Assembly (NCBI RefSeq): GCF_009914755.1
Contig: NC_060942.1
DNA length: 64,000 bases
Direction: 5' to 3' (one strand)
Origin: the human T2T-CHM13v2.0 reference genome, Homo sapiens
Part shown: positions 1-15,459 of the stretch, piece by piece
How the letters are laid out: each line of letters begins with the position of its first letter
Position numbering within the stretch: the stretch's first letter is position 1
The notes under the pieces: model-generated
Database searches by the model: none
What the model was told of the DNA's origin: nothing
The model's input: only the letters and a program-made list of their open reading frames with translations
Program-made: the position numbers and the translations under genes

Positions 1-800
1 ATTAAAACCACACTGGAATGCCACTACACACCTGGTAGAATGCCTGCAGTCAAAAGGACCAGCAGTACTACCAGGTGCTGGTGAGGATGCGATTCAGTTG
101 GAACATTCGTACATTGTAGATGAAAATGCAAAACCCTAACACACTTTGGGAAATATCCGACTACTTTCGATAAAGCTAAATATGCATGTGTCATATGAAC
201 CAGAAATTCCACTTTTAGGTATTTACCCAAAAGTGGTAAACACATATATACAACACACAGACTTATTCTCAAATGTTCATGATCTGTGTCAAAAGGCAAA
301 AGGGGATGCTCATAAGCGCTGTGCTCTAGTGAGTAAAGTGGATTCCTACAGATGTACAGGAAACTAAACCCCCAACCACTTTGTGCATCTTGGAATTGAA
401 TAATTAAGTAAATAGATGACAGATGGTGGAAGCCTAGATTCCTCCTCTTCAAGTGGGACGTTAAAGACCAGGAAGGGAAGAAGCTAGAATGATTGGTACA
501 GTAATGAATTAAAATTGAAGGCCGGGCGCGGTGGCTCACGCCTGTAATCCCAGCACTTTGGGAGGCCGAGGTGGGCGGATCATGAGGTCAGGAGATCGAG
601 ACCATCCTGGCTAACACGGTGAAACCCCGTGTCTACTAAAAATACAAAAAATTAGCCGGGCGAGGTGGCGGGCGCCTGTAATCCCAGCTACACGGGAGGC
701 TGAGGCAGGAGAATGGCGTGAAACCAGGGGGGGCGGAGCCTGCAGTGAGCCGAGATCGCGCCACTGCACCCCAGCCTGGGCGACAGCGACACTCCGTCTC

Positions 801-832
<32 letters not shown>

Positions 833-2040
833 AGACATTAGTACGAGCTTGTATTGTGCATAGTACAGATACATGTGGTTACACGGAGAATGTTTGTCGA
901 TGCATGTGTATACCAGTTGGTACACAAACATATATTTCCTTGCTCTGTCAACTGAGAGGGTCCACAAACAATGGCACCCAGTACCAATAAGCATAGCTAG
1001 AGCCTCAATCTTGGTTTTTAATACTATTAATATCTTCAATAAAAGGAACTAGGGCTCCTTGGAGAAATGGCTGATTCTATGACTGGAGAAGACAATATAC
1101 ACAACAAGCTGAGATCTGTGTCATCTCAGAAAGCAAAAAAGTGGCATTTTTTTTTTACCAAAAAAAAAAAAAAAAAAACTATGGAGCCCGCCAGAGACCA
1201 CAGGAGCCTACTCCCACCAATAGACTAAGCTGGAAAAATTTAAGCAACAAAATACCGTATCGTAACTCAAAGTACTAATATAAACATCAGTGACTTATTG
1301 CTGATATATAAATGACTGAAAAATAAATAAATATGGAACAAGAGACAAATACCTCATGCAGAATTCCAGATAATATGTGTAGCTATGTCACTCACAAGAA
1401 GCTGGAGTGTAACTCCCCTCTTTCCAAGTGTGAGTGGTGTCTATTTACTCTTTCCAAAGAGCGCAGTTGTGGAAAGAGGGCTATGAATAATGTTAGAGTG
1501 GAGAAATGTGACAAGTATTCGCTCAGGGGGATGATCAAGGTGAACAGCAATCATCCACAGCCATGTTCATAGCACGTATTCTTGATATAATTAGACTAAA
1601 ATGTCACTATTCCTTATTGGTCTTTTTTTCACGAACCCATAATCCTAGTCTAATCATGACAAACACATAAGACAAATCTCACTGTAGTGGTATTCCACAA
1701 AATACCTCATCTGTAACTCCTGAGAACTGTCATGGTCATCAAAGGCAAGGGCAGTGTGAAAATTGTCAAGAATGAAATAAGCTTAAGACAAAATGACCAA
1801 AAGCAATGTGGTATACTAGATAGAATACAACAACAACAAAAACAAAAGATATCTAGTAAAAACTAAAAAATAATCTGAATAAAGTATGGGCTTTTTTCTA
1901 TAATAGCATATCAATATTGGTTGGTTCCTTAATTCTGACAAATGTACGATACTAATATAGAGCAATAATAATAGGGGCGACTGGCTTTCAGGTATATGGA
2001 AACTCTCTGTACTATCATCTCAGTTTTTTGTAAATACAAA
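1..2040 (+). mobile_element. Old LINE-1 (L1MC/L1MD-like) ORF2 end and 3' UTR, interrupted by an Alu
   Basis: L1 3' motifs (ccactacacacc..agaatg, ccagaaattccacttttaggtatttacc) and terminal ggaaactctctgtactatc near 2000; boundaries approximate. Confidence 0.7.
520..828 (+). mobile_element. Full-length AluY (AluYe-like)
   Basis: GGCCGGGCGCGGTGGCTCA start, many CpGs intact, A28 tail, TSD aaaattgaag at 511-520 and 825-834. Confidence 0.97.
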
Positions 2041-2077
2041 CATCAATTTTTGTTCCCTCAAATATTTCTTTTTTCCT

Positions 2078-2241
2078 AATATATATATTTATTATATATA
2101 ATATTTATATATATATAAAAAATATATATTTATTTATTTATTTTTGAGATGAGGTTTCACTGTGTTGCCCAGGCTGGTCTCAAACTCCCAACCTCAAGGA
2201 ATCCTCCTGCCTTGGCCTCCCAAAGTGCTAGGAATACAGGC
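2078..2241 (-). mobile_element. Alu left-monomer (FLAM-like) fragment with AT-rich microsatellite tail
   Basis: gagatgaggtttcactgtgttgcccaggctggtctcaaactcc...caaagtgctaggaatacagg, preceded by (TA)n/(TTTA)n. Confidence 0.85.
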
Positions 2242-3308
2242 CCCCACTATCAGTTACCTCCGTATTTTCCATGGCATGCTCTTTAATCTTTCTAACTAGA
2301 AATTCAACTGCTCTAACTACCAAGTTTTCACTTTCACTTTTGAAATGGTTTCTACAATTAATATTTTGTATGGTTTTCCCTAATTCCTCACTTCTCATAA
2401 ATGACTTGTCTCCTGCTATGTAGTTACTACTTTCACCACCACATTAAAATAGCTAGGGTGATGGTCACACCTGACATCCTTTCAATATCTTGCCCAACCT
2501 GCCTGTGGCACTTGGAATGAATTGGCTCACCTCTACTAATTTCCAAAATACTACTCTTTGGTTTTGCACTTGGCTCTTTGACTTCCTACTGCAGTTTTCT
2601 ATTTTTTCCCAAGATTCTCTTATTCCATTTTTCTCCAACATGTCTGTGTTCTCTAAAGTTGCGTGAACTCTGGACACCCTAGTCTATTTCCCAGTAATTG
2701 ATAACCACTTTTATGAATAATCTGAAATCTGGGATTCTGGTCTCATATTTCTCTTTTGATTGCTAAACTTTAATAATTAATTGTCTGATTTTTTCAGTCC
2801 CTTCATTCATAAACTGATTATTAGGGGCCTATTAAAAATGCAAATATTTTATTCAGAGTTCATTTTGCATAACTGGAATACTTTCATCAGTGCATCAGAA
2901 AACGCTGATAAACAACACAGCAGTGTTGACAACTAAACAAATAGGTGATTGCCATGCAACAGCTTTGCATGACTTTCACAAAACAAAAGTTAGTTATTCC
3001 TCGCAACACACTGTAAATGCTGCTTCATTGTCTTGAAGATTGTGTTCTTGCTAAATTTGAGAATAGCATGCTATGCAGCCATCAGTACTCAAGCCCTAAT
3101 CTTGTCAGGGTACCAGTTTTTAAACTTGATTATCTCAAATCCTTCTATTCATCATTTCAAATAAGTTAACCAGAACTTGTATAAATGATTTTCCCTTTCT
3201 ATTTTATTATGTATTTTTCACTGATCTTGCAATATATACAAATGTTTTATTGTGTTTCTAGAAAACATGTTACTATTATGTTCATACAGAAGTATTCCAT
3301 TGCATTAA

Positions 3309-3638
<330 letters not shown>

Positions 3639-4095
3639 CCAATTATTTTTATGTTAGTTGATGTTTGCCTATGCTGTTATTTTAGGATTTTGTCTCTAGT
3701 TGGTCCAAGAGCTTTGTTATTTTCATGTGGATTCATCTGTGGTTCTATTAAGTCATTCTTTTATGTCATGAATGAGGTTTTCAGCTGTGGTTATTCTATT
3801 TCATATAGTCCTCTTTGTTTCCCATTATTTTTGTAATACTATTTTCCTGACTGTGTTCCCCCAGCTCTGCAATCTCTGTATCATTAAATGCTACCATTTA
3901 TTTCATTTTTAAATTTAGATTTTATTAAATTATTCAGAATTTTTAAGGTTCCTTTTTGTATAAGACACAATTGTATACACTCTTCACTTTTTGTACAACA
4001 TGTCTTTTTCAAAATTAGTTTTATATGGGCTGCTCATGCCAGCCTTTCCTTCTCTCCTGCCTTCCTTGTGATGCAGAATTTTTTCTTGACCCCTT

Positions 4096-4908
4096 TGTGG
4101 AACTAGCAACTGGGGTACTGTGTTTACTCAGCCCGCCACATTCAACCCCTTTTGGGAGGAAGTACAGAGCAAATGAGTGCAGGAACTGGATGGCCGCTTT
4201 GGGGCTGGCAGGAGCAAACACTGTGTAGGCCCCATGACAGCATACAGGTGGGGGTGCTTGTGACCTCAAGGCCCCCGAGGGACTGTTAACAATATTCTCT
4301 TAGCTCCAATGTCTGTGGACTGCAATGTGTTATCAGCTCAGTGGGCCCTTTTCCTTATCACACGCGTGGCTGCCCTCCACCAGCAAGAGCAAAGGGCCAG
4401 TGTGACAGCCCTTTAGGGTATCTGCACTTGGTAGGGCCAAACTCTTGCCTGGTGCCTAAGAAGAATGAAGTCATGCAGATGAATTGAAGGATGGTGAAAG
4501 CAGACAATGTTATTGAGCAATGAAAGCAGCTCTCAGTGGAGACGGGGATGAAAAGAGTACTGGAAGGGCAGGTCACTTTCCCCTGAGGTCAAGTTGCCTC
4601 TCTGCCTCTCTCCTCCAGTCAGGTTGCCTCTCCCTGATTATCCAGTCACTTCTTCTGTCTACCAGCTGAGTCTGGGGTCTTTATAGGCACAGGATGGGGG
4701 CAGGTGGGCCATAGGTAGTTTTAGAAAAGGTGACATTCGATTGGTAAAAAGGCATTATTCAGAAAGAACCAACCGGGAAAGAGCAGGCAAACAGGGATAC
4801 ACATTCTCACTTTGGGCTGCGGGTTTCAGGCTTTTTGCCTTGAAGGTAGGGTTTTGCCTGAGTTCCATTCCTATCTGCCTAGAGTTTCTCTGTCTCCTGC
4901 CTCTATCA
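4096..4908 (-). mobile_element. ERV1-class solo LTR (LTR27/LTR28/MER52-group-like)
   Basis: TG...CA ends; minus strand begins tgatagaggcaggagacagagaaactctaggcaga; minus-strand TATAAA (tttata ~4680) and AATAAC-type poly(A) region (~4510); layout resembles the MER52 at 37 kb. Confidence 0.7.
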
Positions 4909-5110
4909 CTTGCTTCCTCCCTTTTTTCCATCTTTTCTTTTGTCCTTCTTTTCCCTTGTGATGTGTTTGCATAAGTGTCACACCAGCCATTTTATTATCT
5001 TCCTAATATGTAAAATGGCATCTCTTTACATGCCATTAATTTGTGCTTATGGATTAAGGGTGGATCTCTCTGCATTCTTCCAATTAATCTTAAATCTTTT
5101 TTTCTATTTT

Positions 5111-5608
5111 TGTGAGAGTTGTAACCAGGCCTATATTATAATATAAAAATCATAACCTATTTGTTTTACTTATTTTCCTTTTTTTCCCTTTCCTTCCTCC
5201 ATGCAGGATTGCTTGTACTTAGTCATTCAGTAGATGGTGGTCACTATTTGACTAATAATTATTGCCTTCATATCCTGACCCCCAGGGGCTGCCCACAATG
5301 GGGAATGAACTTGTTTTTCTTCCAAATAACAATGATCCTGAGGTCTTGCAAACTTCATTAATTACATCCAGAAGTTTGATCAGTTGAGGGGCATAGGCAG
5401 CCTAGATCATTGGGATCCCCCATTCCTACCTTACTCATGAATCCCCAGTTATTTTCGAAGGAAGGAAGGATTTGAGAGTTTGCCTCCCTTGTCCTCTTGC
5501 TTTGGCCAAATTGAGTAAACTTTTTTCTCTGCTCCTAGGTGCTGCTGTGCCCATGTTTGACTAATTGAGCTTCAGGTATTTGAGCTTAGCCTTTGGGATT
5601 CTACAACA
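5111..5608 (+). mobile_element. Probable solo LTR, family not resolved
   Basis: About 500 bp bounded by tgtgagag...ctacaaca, with agtaaac poly(A)-like signal ~90 bp from the end. Confidence 0.45.
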
Positions 5609-6232
5609 GCTTTGTAGTTTATGAACCAATGCTTTTGATTTCCTAGAGGAAGTGTAGAAATTGGGCAGACTTAGCCAGTGTTTGTATGCCACAACCTGGA
5701 AAAACTGAGCTCCAGAATGTTTCCTTTCTACTGATCTGAGAAAATCTGATTTCAAAGGGAGTTACCTTATATTTACATATTTTTACCCAAAATGAACATG
5801 AGACTGGAGAATCTTTTGCATCCATTAGACAAAATCTAAGACATTTTTAGTCTGTGTTCCCAGATATAAAGCAGGATGAATACATGTGAACGTTTCCTTT
5901 TGGATCTTGCTTCAATAGTTTATAAAAGTGGGGAAGGGATTATAATTAGAGGCTCTTTATTCCCCCCACCATTCCTAAAAGAGATCTTATTTTTAATTTT
6001 CTTTTGTTAGCTGTTTTGCTACATTTCTGTTTGCTGATGAGAATCTTGCCTCTAAACAAGTTTTATTTATCTCTTTCATTTTCCTTCAAGTAAAAAGTCA
6101 TTAAAATAGCCCTTGTCTGTTGTGAATCAAAATGGCCAAGCCGCCTCTTTTTTTCTTTATGGAAAATTTTAGATTATGAGTTGTCTACAAATTTTCCCTT
6201 CTGTTTATCTTCTAAAGCCCATTTATTTGCCT

Positions 6233-6615
6233 TCACTTATATGGAAGCTAAAACAGTTGAACTTATGAAAGTAGAGAGTAGAATGGCAGTTACCAGGGGC
6301 TAGCAAGGGGATTGGGGTTGGGAGGCTGTTGGTCAAAGAGTCAAATTTGCAGTTCCACAGGAGGAATAAGTACAAGAGGTCCATTATACAACATGGTGGC
6401 TACACTTAATAACAGTGTATAGTCATCTGGAAAATCACCAGGAGAGTAGATTTTAGGTATTTTTACACCCCCCCCCCACTCCCCACCAAAAATAAGTATG
6501 TAAGGTAATGCTTCTGTTACTGAATTCAATTTAGCTATTCCACAATGTATACATATTTCAAAACATCATGTCACACATGATACATACATACAATTTTATT
6601 TACCAATTTTAAAAG
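6233..6615 (+). mobile_element. L1MA-type 3' UTR fragment
   Basis: gtagagagtagaatggcagttaccagggg ... ccacaatgtatacatatttcaaaacatcatg. Confidence 0.85.
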
Positions 6616-7385
6616 TACAATTTACAAATAAATATTTTGTGAGTACTTTGTTTACTCACCTGTTTCTTATATGCTTTTGTGCAAGAAAAATTAAATTCCA
6701 AAGAGTTATACCAAGTTGTATTGTGCATAATTTAATTTTTTTATTTAAGTGTATATACCACTTATATTTAATGTAATTACAAAATGTTTTTTACATTTAA
6801 ATGTGTGATCATAATTCATTATATCGTCTATATAATTTGTCTTCATTTTTGCATTCTTTTGATTTGATTGAGAAGTGTTTTATTTTGTTTCACCCCTAAA
6901 TAAGTGTGTTAGTTATACTCTCTTTTGTTTTATTTGTTTGTTCACTGTGCTTTTAGCATATTGGATTCTTCTTTGTGCTGCTTCCATTAGGGAGTTTGTA
7001 ACTGCTATTTATTTTCCTTTCAATTACCACCTTTACCCCTAACCCATCCCTCATAATCCCTCTGGACCCTGCCTGCTCTTGCAGAGATATTATATCTCTG
7101 ATACAAACATGTTGCTACTTTCACTAAGACCTTTGAGTACATTGCATATTTTGAATATGGCAATTTCTGACATTTTCCCAGGTAAAATCTTCATTTCTTT
7201 TTCTCAGAACCTAGTTATAATTTGATAGATTCAAGCTGGATTTTTCTTTGTTTCTTTAAAAAAACATGAAGCCTATATTCAAGACAATATAGGAATAATT
7301 ATGTCCTCATCTAACAGAAATGCTTCCTGGGTCCCAGTGAATCATTTAATGGTACCTTATGGAGCATATGTTTTTGTGTCTTTGT

Positions 7386-7418
7386 GTATGTATGTATGTA
7401 TGTATGTATGTATGTATG
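7386..7418. repeat. (TATG)n microsatellite
   Basis: Tandem tatg units read directly. Confidence 0.95.
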
Positions 7419-7576
7419 TGTTATTATACCTGTATCTACCTCAGCGAAGGCAAATCTGCTACAAAGATTCTCAGAATTCAAACACTAGGACACTTATTTT
7501 CAGAAAGCTTCTTTTCTGTATAAAGAATATGCATTTTCTCAATCCGTTCTACATTACCAAGTAGTATCAAAATTAA

Positions 7577-7851
<275 letters not shown>

Positions 7852-10800
7852 TAAATGCATTTTGCCACTTTATTTGAGAGATGCAGCTACCGTCTTCTGT
7901 TAGTGATACTCTAATGCCTCTAACTGAGCCTCCCTGGCACTGTAGTGTTTTTCCTATGGAATAATTTAAGGTTACTAATATCAAAAAAATTTTATTGAAA
8001 GTGGAATTTCTCATCTTTCTTATTTGGGGTTAATTTCCTAGAGATAAGTACTCTTTATTCTAGTAACTTATAATTAGAATGTTCATTTTTTTCTTAAAAT
8101 ATATTTCTATCTGAATTACCACTAAATAATTTAGATGTAGTACATTGTAGATTACAAAATGGAAAGTGTACTTTAAAGTAACTAAAATATCTAGTTAAAT
8201 TTTGTTACATAATTTATTGATAATTATATGTACTTAAATAATAACTTTAAAACTTGTAGAATAAACAGATTTTATCTATCATCCACCATCTCAACAAATA
8301 GGTAAATGGTACCAACACATGTACACTTAAAAAGACAAAATGCATCCGACTTGCCTTTTTGCAAAGGGATTTCTTTTTTAGGAACTCAGAAGAAAATATT
8401 TTGGAACCAAAGAATTGAATAGACACACACACTTATTTATTTTGATTTGATTTTTGTTTAAATCAAAATATCTTAGGAACAAAATATATTCAAGACCGTT
8501 TTTGGTAAACTGGACTAAGTCTCATTAAAAAAAAAAGAGAGAGTGAAGAATGTACCAAAAAAACAACAAAAATGAACTTGAAACATTTCTGATATAAGCT
8601 AACAAATTTACTGTTTTCTTTTCAATTATAAGTTATTGTTACAACTCTATTTTTCTGTGGTCCAACTTTCTCTGTGAAGTAAAATTTGATGGTTCTATAC
8701 TTCTTGACATTTTAATTCATTAGAATTACCTAAATTAATAATCACATATATCCTTCTTAGTACCTGGAGGAATTGGCAGGCGTCATTCTTTTCCCTGAGG
8801 CTGGGCTGTAGATATTAGATGTAATAATTTGAATGTGCCCTTTGGGCCACAAATACCAAAAGTAGGCAGGGGCAGAGACAGAAAAGATATATGCTTTGCA
8901 CATAGTGGCTCTCCAGTATTTATGTGTTTAATCAAATATAACTACAACTGTATGACCTATCTCCTATCTCGATGGGATATTAGAAAGTGATAATATTATG
9001 GGGTGGGTGAAATTAGTTTTGCCTCCTTTGAAAGCTGTACAATCTCACTGTAGGGCACTGATGGCATGCTGTCACTCGCGGAACTTGAGCTGCACTGGTA
9101 TGCAGGCCCAGCCACTGTGCCAATTGGATGGGGATCACTTTGCCTGAAGCATACAAATGAGGTATGCTAGTGATTAGATGAAAATGAGAAAAATGGACAC
9201 TTTATTGCAACGTGGTTAACAGTTAATCTATGAGGTACAGGTATTAGTTCTGATTTACAAGAAAATGTAAAAAAAAGGTAGATTTTAACAGAAAGAAGTA
9301 GGCTAGTCAAAGCTGCAGGAAAAAAACAAATAGCTTTGGAACTTCAGTTGAGATTCCAGTAAAGGAAAAATAACCTTTCGGACTTGTATACTCTTTTTGT
9401 AACACATAAAATATAGGTCATGAAGTCATTAAATATTTATGCTCCTTAGCTGATGTTTCTGGGAGAATATTTAATTATAAAAGAAGTGTTATTGTCCAGC
9501 ACAGTTGGGGATAGATTCGGTGAGACAAAAATATTTGGCAGAAATTAGAATATAGATCATTTCTACATGGTAATGAGTGGCCCTTAACTGAACAAGCAAA
9601 ATACTTTATGAAAAATTTTAAGGGCATTATTTTGACTAACACAAGAATAATCTTTAAAATAACACATTAATTTCTATTATGTAATGTCAACAGTGGAGCT
9701 AGTTCACCTATAACTTCAGCTATAACTATTTAAGTTATAAGTTCAGCTATAACTATAGGGATAAGCATACAAGTTGAATTGAAGAACAAAATACAAGATA
9801 TTTGGCACAGAGCACATTTGGTTAGTTGCTCAATGGTTTACTCTTTGTTGTTACTGAAGACCCTCCAAAGGAGAGGCAAATCATAGTCTTGTGGACACCA
9901 AAAAGGAGACTTCTCTCTCTGCTGAAGGAATGGCATTCAGGCACCATTATGGATTTCGTGATGGAGGCCGCGTCATCAGGTCTACAGTGGTCTGACTGCT
10001 AGGACACCTGGTGACAAGAGAGCTTGCACCCAGTCCCTGTGCACCTGGCCTCACATCTCACATACACCTCATGTTCTCCTTTCTCCTCATGCTGCTTCCA
10101 GGAACACTCCAGACACCCGCCCTCTTGCTCTTTTGTGAGGATATGCAAAAGCTGACTGCAGGTGGATTCATGATTTCAAGAATACATAGGAGTTAAATCA
10201 GGCTCACAAAATACAAAAGAGGAAATAATAAAAGATTGAAAACATCAACTACTTAAGGGTAAGAACTTCTGTTCTCCTAAGTGAACTCCCTATTTATAAC
10301 CCAATTTATGAAGAAGGAGGAAAGAGAGAACTTCCAGCTGGTGATACACTCTTTCTTTCATGGGACTTTGGGAGAATGATGCGTCTGGAAAAGACATTAT
10401 TGCAGACATGCAAAAGTGACACTTATTAATAGAATGATGTCACATGAGAAAAAGTTTTTAAAAATCCATTTTGTAAAAAGAAACCTGCATGTTCTGATCA
10501 GATTACCTATTGCTTTAAAAAACTAGAATTTATAGCTTTATAGACAATAGACATTAGTCACGAAGATATTTTCTATCTGTTGACTAATGTAGTCTAGAAC
10601 TAGGAAGCCCCCCAAACTGAACAATATTCCTCTGAACACAGCATTTCACAACCAGTATCGGACCTTCACTTGTCACTAGAAAATAAAAAGACATCATTGC
10701 ATGAGAAAAATGAACATGATTTGGAAGCTGTATCATATCTGTCTCCCTTGCTGACCCTGGTCCTTCTTGAACCCCATGAATTATTGGTAATGTTTATGTT

Positions 10801-12475
10801 GAATGAGATCCATGTTTCAATTGAGCCTGCTTTCATACTTTATCCTATTCAGGCATTGAAATAATCATCTCCTATAAATCAACAGGAATTAAAACAAAAG
10901 GCCTCACAAAAAAAACAAAAAAAAGGAAAATAAATATTTCAAAAACAAAAAAATACAGCTTTGAAAAGATGTTCAATTCTTTATGAATCAATATAGTACC
11001 AATTCTACTAAATATTGAAAAAAATAATCAGTACAGGTTAATTTTTCAAATATACTGATAAGGAATTCATGATAAAGACAAATTATAGAAGAAAACATAT
11101 AACGCTTGCATAAAGTTAAAACTTAGAAAACCAGGAAAGACCAGTCGATATATTGCAAAAAGAAACACATGTAGAATCAAACTATTAGGAAAAACAAGAG
11201 AATAACACACATGAATTCAGAATTATGATTATTTCGGGGTGAAGGACTCTGTGGCTACAGGATGCTGTATAGTTAGCTAACATATGGCAATGTCCTGGTC
11301 TTTACCTTGGTAAAGGGCTCAAAATTCCTCGTCATGTTACTTTCCATAACTTATATTTAAATGTTACGCACATATTATTTTGGTATTTTCTATAATCATG
11401 TTTCGAATAAGTCTAAAAGTATCTTCTTTCAGGTAAGGTTACCAACAGAAATGATATTTGTCAAACTTGGCATTTATTTAAAGACAAAAAAAAAAGACTC
11501 GTTTTCCTACTCCTAATTGTTTTTCTTTTTTGGATATATACTTCCAGGACAAAAGGAAATTTTTATTTTCAAGAAATGTCTTGTGTCCCTTGCCAACATT
11601 TCTGGGAAATATGTGAAACTTTTCACTTTTTGTAAATCTCCCAAAAAATGTTTCTGACAGGTTTGAGAAAGTGTTTTTTTTTCTTTCCTTGCAGCTGTAA
11701 CTAGACATATTTTCAAATCACCAAACATGCTATTCCAATATGTCAGCTCAGCATAATCATGTGTGAATAAAAGTATAATTTTAAAATGTTCACAGTGGTA
11801 TCTAATATGGGTAAAATATACATTATTAAATAGTTAATTTTAAAATATATATCTACATGTTATTTGGTAGAAGTTTGAATACTAAATAACATTTAAAGCT
11901 GATGTCCCAAATAGCAAAAATTAGATGCTGGCATTAAAAAAAGAATATTTGTACCATGTTTTTAAATTACTTTTATTTATTTACTTTTATGATTAAGTAT
12001 AACTAAATTTGGTTTTCATGCAAATTCAAAAACATTTATTTACTTTCTTAAATAGAAGTAATTTTGTGCATGTATATCTGTGCATATATATAATTTGCTA
12101 ATAAAATATAGAATAAAATTGTAACCCTCACAAACCATTCCATAATTACATAGATATTTTTATAAGATTTTTAGTAGACAGCCAAGAAGCTAAGGGATTT
12201 TTCCTCAGTATTTGCTAATTGAGATAATTTTTATAGTCATAATGCTGATTTAAGAATTTTGTTTTGTGATTGACCTAATTCTGTGGGTTTTCTCATCATT
12301 GAACATTGTTTTTGACAAGTAAAATATTAACTAACTTTTGGCAAAATTCTTTCTAAATACTTTTAATTTATCTTTGTTATTTGGCTTTCTACTTTTTACA
12401 AATTATTTCCGCATCAGATGGTTATTTGTTGAACAATTTGATTGACTTGTTATATTAATTAAAAACACAAAATAA

Positions 12476-12745
12476 GGCCTGGCATGGTGGCTCATGCCTG
12501 TAATCCCAACAGGGATGCTGAGGCGGGTGGTTCACTTAAGGTCAGGAGTTCCAGACCAGACTGGACCACATGGTCAAACCTCGTTTCTACTAAAACTACA
12601 AAAATTAGCCAGGTGTGGTGGCGGGCGCCTGTAATCCCAGCTACTCGGGAGGCAGAGGTTGCAGTGAGCCTAGATCGTGCCACTGCATTCCAGCATGGGT
12701 AACAGAGCAAGACTCCATCTCAAAAAGAACAAACAAACAAAACAC
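12476..12745 (+). mobile_element. AluSx-like element with internal right-arm deletion
   Basis: Alu sequence reads ctactcgggaggcagaggttgc, missing the tgaggcaggagaatcgcttgaacc segment. Confidence 0.93.
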
Positions 12746-13456
12746 ACAGAATAAAACAATTATGTGCTATATTCAAGAACTTGTGACTATATTCATTGGC
12801 AAGTAAATCACTCTCATAGTCACAATTCCACGGTGGTCCATTTAAAAGGCTGATCTCGCAATGTCTACATCTATCGTGGTGGTTGTGAGTGATGAGGACA
12901 ATTCAGATGTTCATTATTGTTAGGGTTACTGAGTCCAATCAGATATATATCCTGAATGGAATGTAATATAGTGGTTAGAAGCATCAGATTTACCCTAAGA
13001 AACATATATTTAAACACACACACACACATTTTGTTGAGAAAAATCACACTACTTACCAACAGCGCTATTTCAGTGAGACACACCAAATGCATGAAAACAA
13101 ACACCTATGGGGAGTAGGTATCAGGCAGAAGGGAAGGATGTTAAAAAGGAAGGAGCGATTTCCAATTAATGAATCAATTAAGCAGAAAGACCTCGCACAG
13201 ATGTAATTCAATGTGTTGGGAGCACAATTAGTGCAATGCCTTAAATCTGATTTTTAAAAATAACAATAAAAAAGAGGATAAAACTATTGATGATAGAAAA
13301 ACTTTGAGTAGAAGCAGAACTGTAGCAAAACCTATATGCCCCTGTTTGAAACTATATGGGACAGAAGATCATAGCAGCCTACAACTGAGAAAGTTTCTTG
13401 GGACATATTATTGTCAGGTCGACTTTTCATTTGATATTCAAATTCTTAGATATGCG

Positions 13457-14166
<710 letters not shown>

Positions 14167-14280
14167 ATCTTAGAGAAATGTTGAAGACCAGCGGTGAGTC
14201 TCTTCTCCATACAACAGGAATTCAAAGAGCTAACTAGAGGGTCATAACACAATACAGTCAGCATTGAATGGACTGGAGTT

Positions 14281-14281
14281 C

Positions 14282-14322
<41 letters not shown>
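14281..14322. repeat. (CAA)14 microsatellite
   Basis: Perfect tandem caa. Confidence 0.97.
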
Positions 14323-14373
14323 GACCAAGAGGAGAGTGAAGAGTATACCAGGGAGTCTTTCTTTCCAGGAATG

Positions 14374-14825
14374 TGTGATGGTTAATTTTATGTGTCATCT
14401 TGACTGGGCTAAGGGATACCCAGAACGCTAGTAAAACATTATTTCTGGGTGTGACCATGAGAGTGTTTAGGGAGGGTATTTCCTGAGCATGCGAGTCAGT
14501 AGACTGAGTAAAGAAGACCCATCCTCACCGCTGGGAAGGCACCCAAATCCCTTTAGGGCCTGAACAGAATATAAAGGTGGAGGAAGGATAAATTTTCTCT
14601 TTGTCTTCTAAGCTGGGGCACACATCTTCTCCCGCCTTTGTAGCATCTGATTCTTAAGTCTTCAGAATCAAATTGAGAGTTACACTGTTCACTCTCCTGG
14701 TTCTTGGGCCTTCCAACTAGGACTAAATTATGTCATTGGTTTTGCTGGTTCCCTAGTTTGCAGATAGCAGAGGGTGAGACTTTTAGGCCTTCATAATTGC
14801 TTGAGAAAATTGCCATGACACACAT

Positions 14826-14862
<37 letters not shown>

Positions 14863-14980
14863 AACACACACGCACACACACACAATCTTTGTATACATAC
14901 AAATAATACCACATATATGCGTGTATGTATACACACACATCTTATTGGTTCTGTGTCTCTGAACAATCCTTACAAATAGA
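14374..14980 (+). mobile_element. MLT2 (ERVL) solo LTR containing a (CA)n tract at ~14818-14885
   Basis: tgtgatggttaattttatgtgtca start; attggttctgtgtctctg near end. Confidence 0.88.
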
Positions 14981-15459
14981 GAACGTGATAAATAGCATAT
15001 GTTCACTTTGTCATAAATATAATTGAGAAATAACTATAGTCAGTTAAAATAATGCATGTCCACATTTAAAATTAAAATAGAAAAGCAGAGCTGGAAAAAT
15101 TCAGATAAAATTTATTTTGAACTATAACATTAAACATAATTTAATTGTATATACAACATGCAAAATTAAATACTTTTATAAATCAAATGTATACTATTCA
15201 AAAACGGTCAATTTTTGTCAGTGGAGACATTCTGCTGAGTGTGGAATATCATGTTCTTTGACCTATTTGATAAATATTATGTCATATCATTCAACAGCTT
15301 TGAAACTTTGGATCTCTTCTTTTTCCTGAGCTGATCTATTGGGTAGCAAATTTGATGATTTGAAAAGATATATCACTACAAATGAAATATTGGCTCATAT
15401 ATTTTGGCATAATTATGATTCTCCTATTGACAGCACATGTACAAGTCATTTAACAATAT

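Noticed and set aside
24-1039. ORFs of 171, 142 and 90 aa
   Set aside because: Frames through old L1 and Alu sequence; typical Alu-translation peptides
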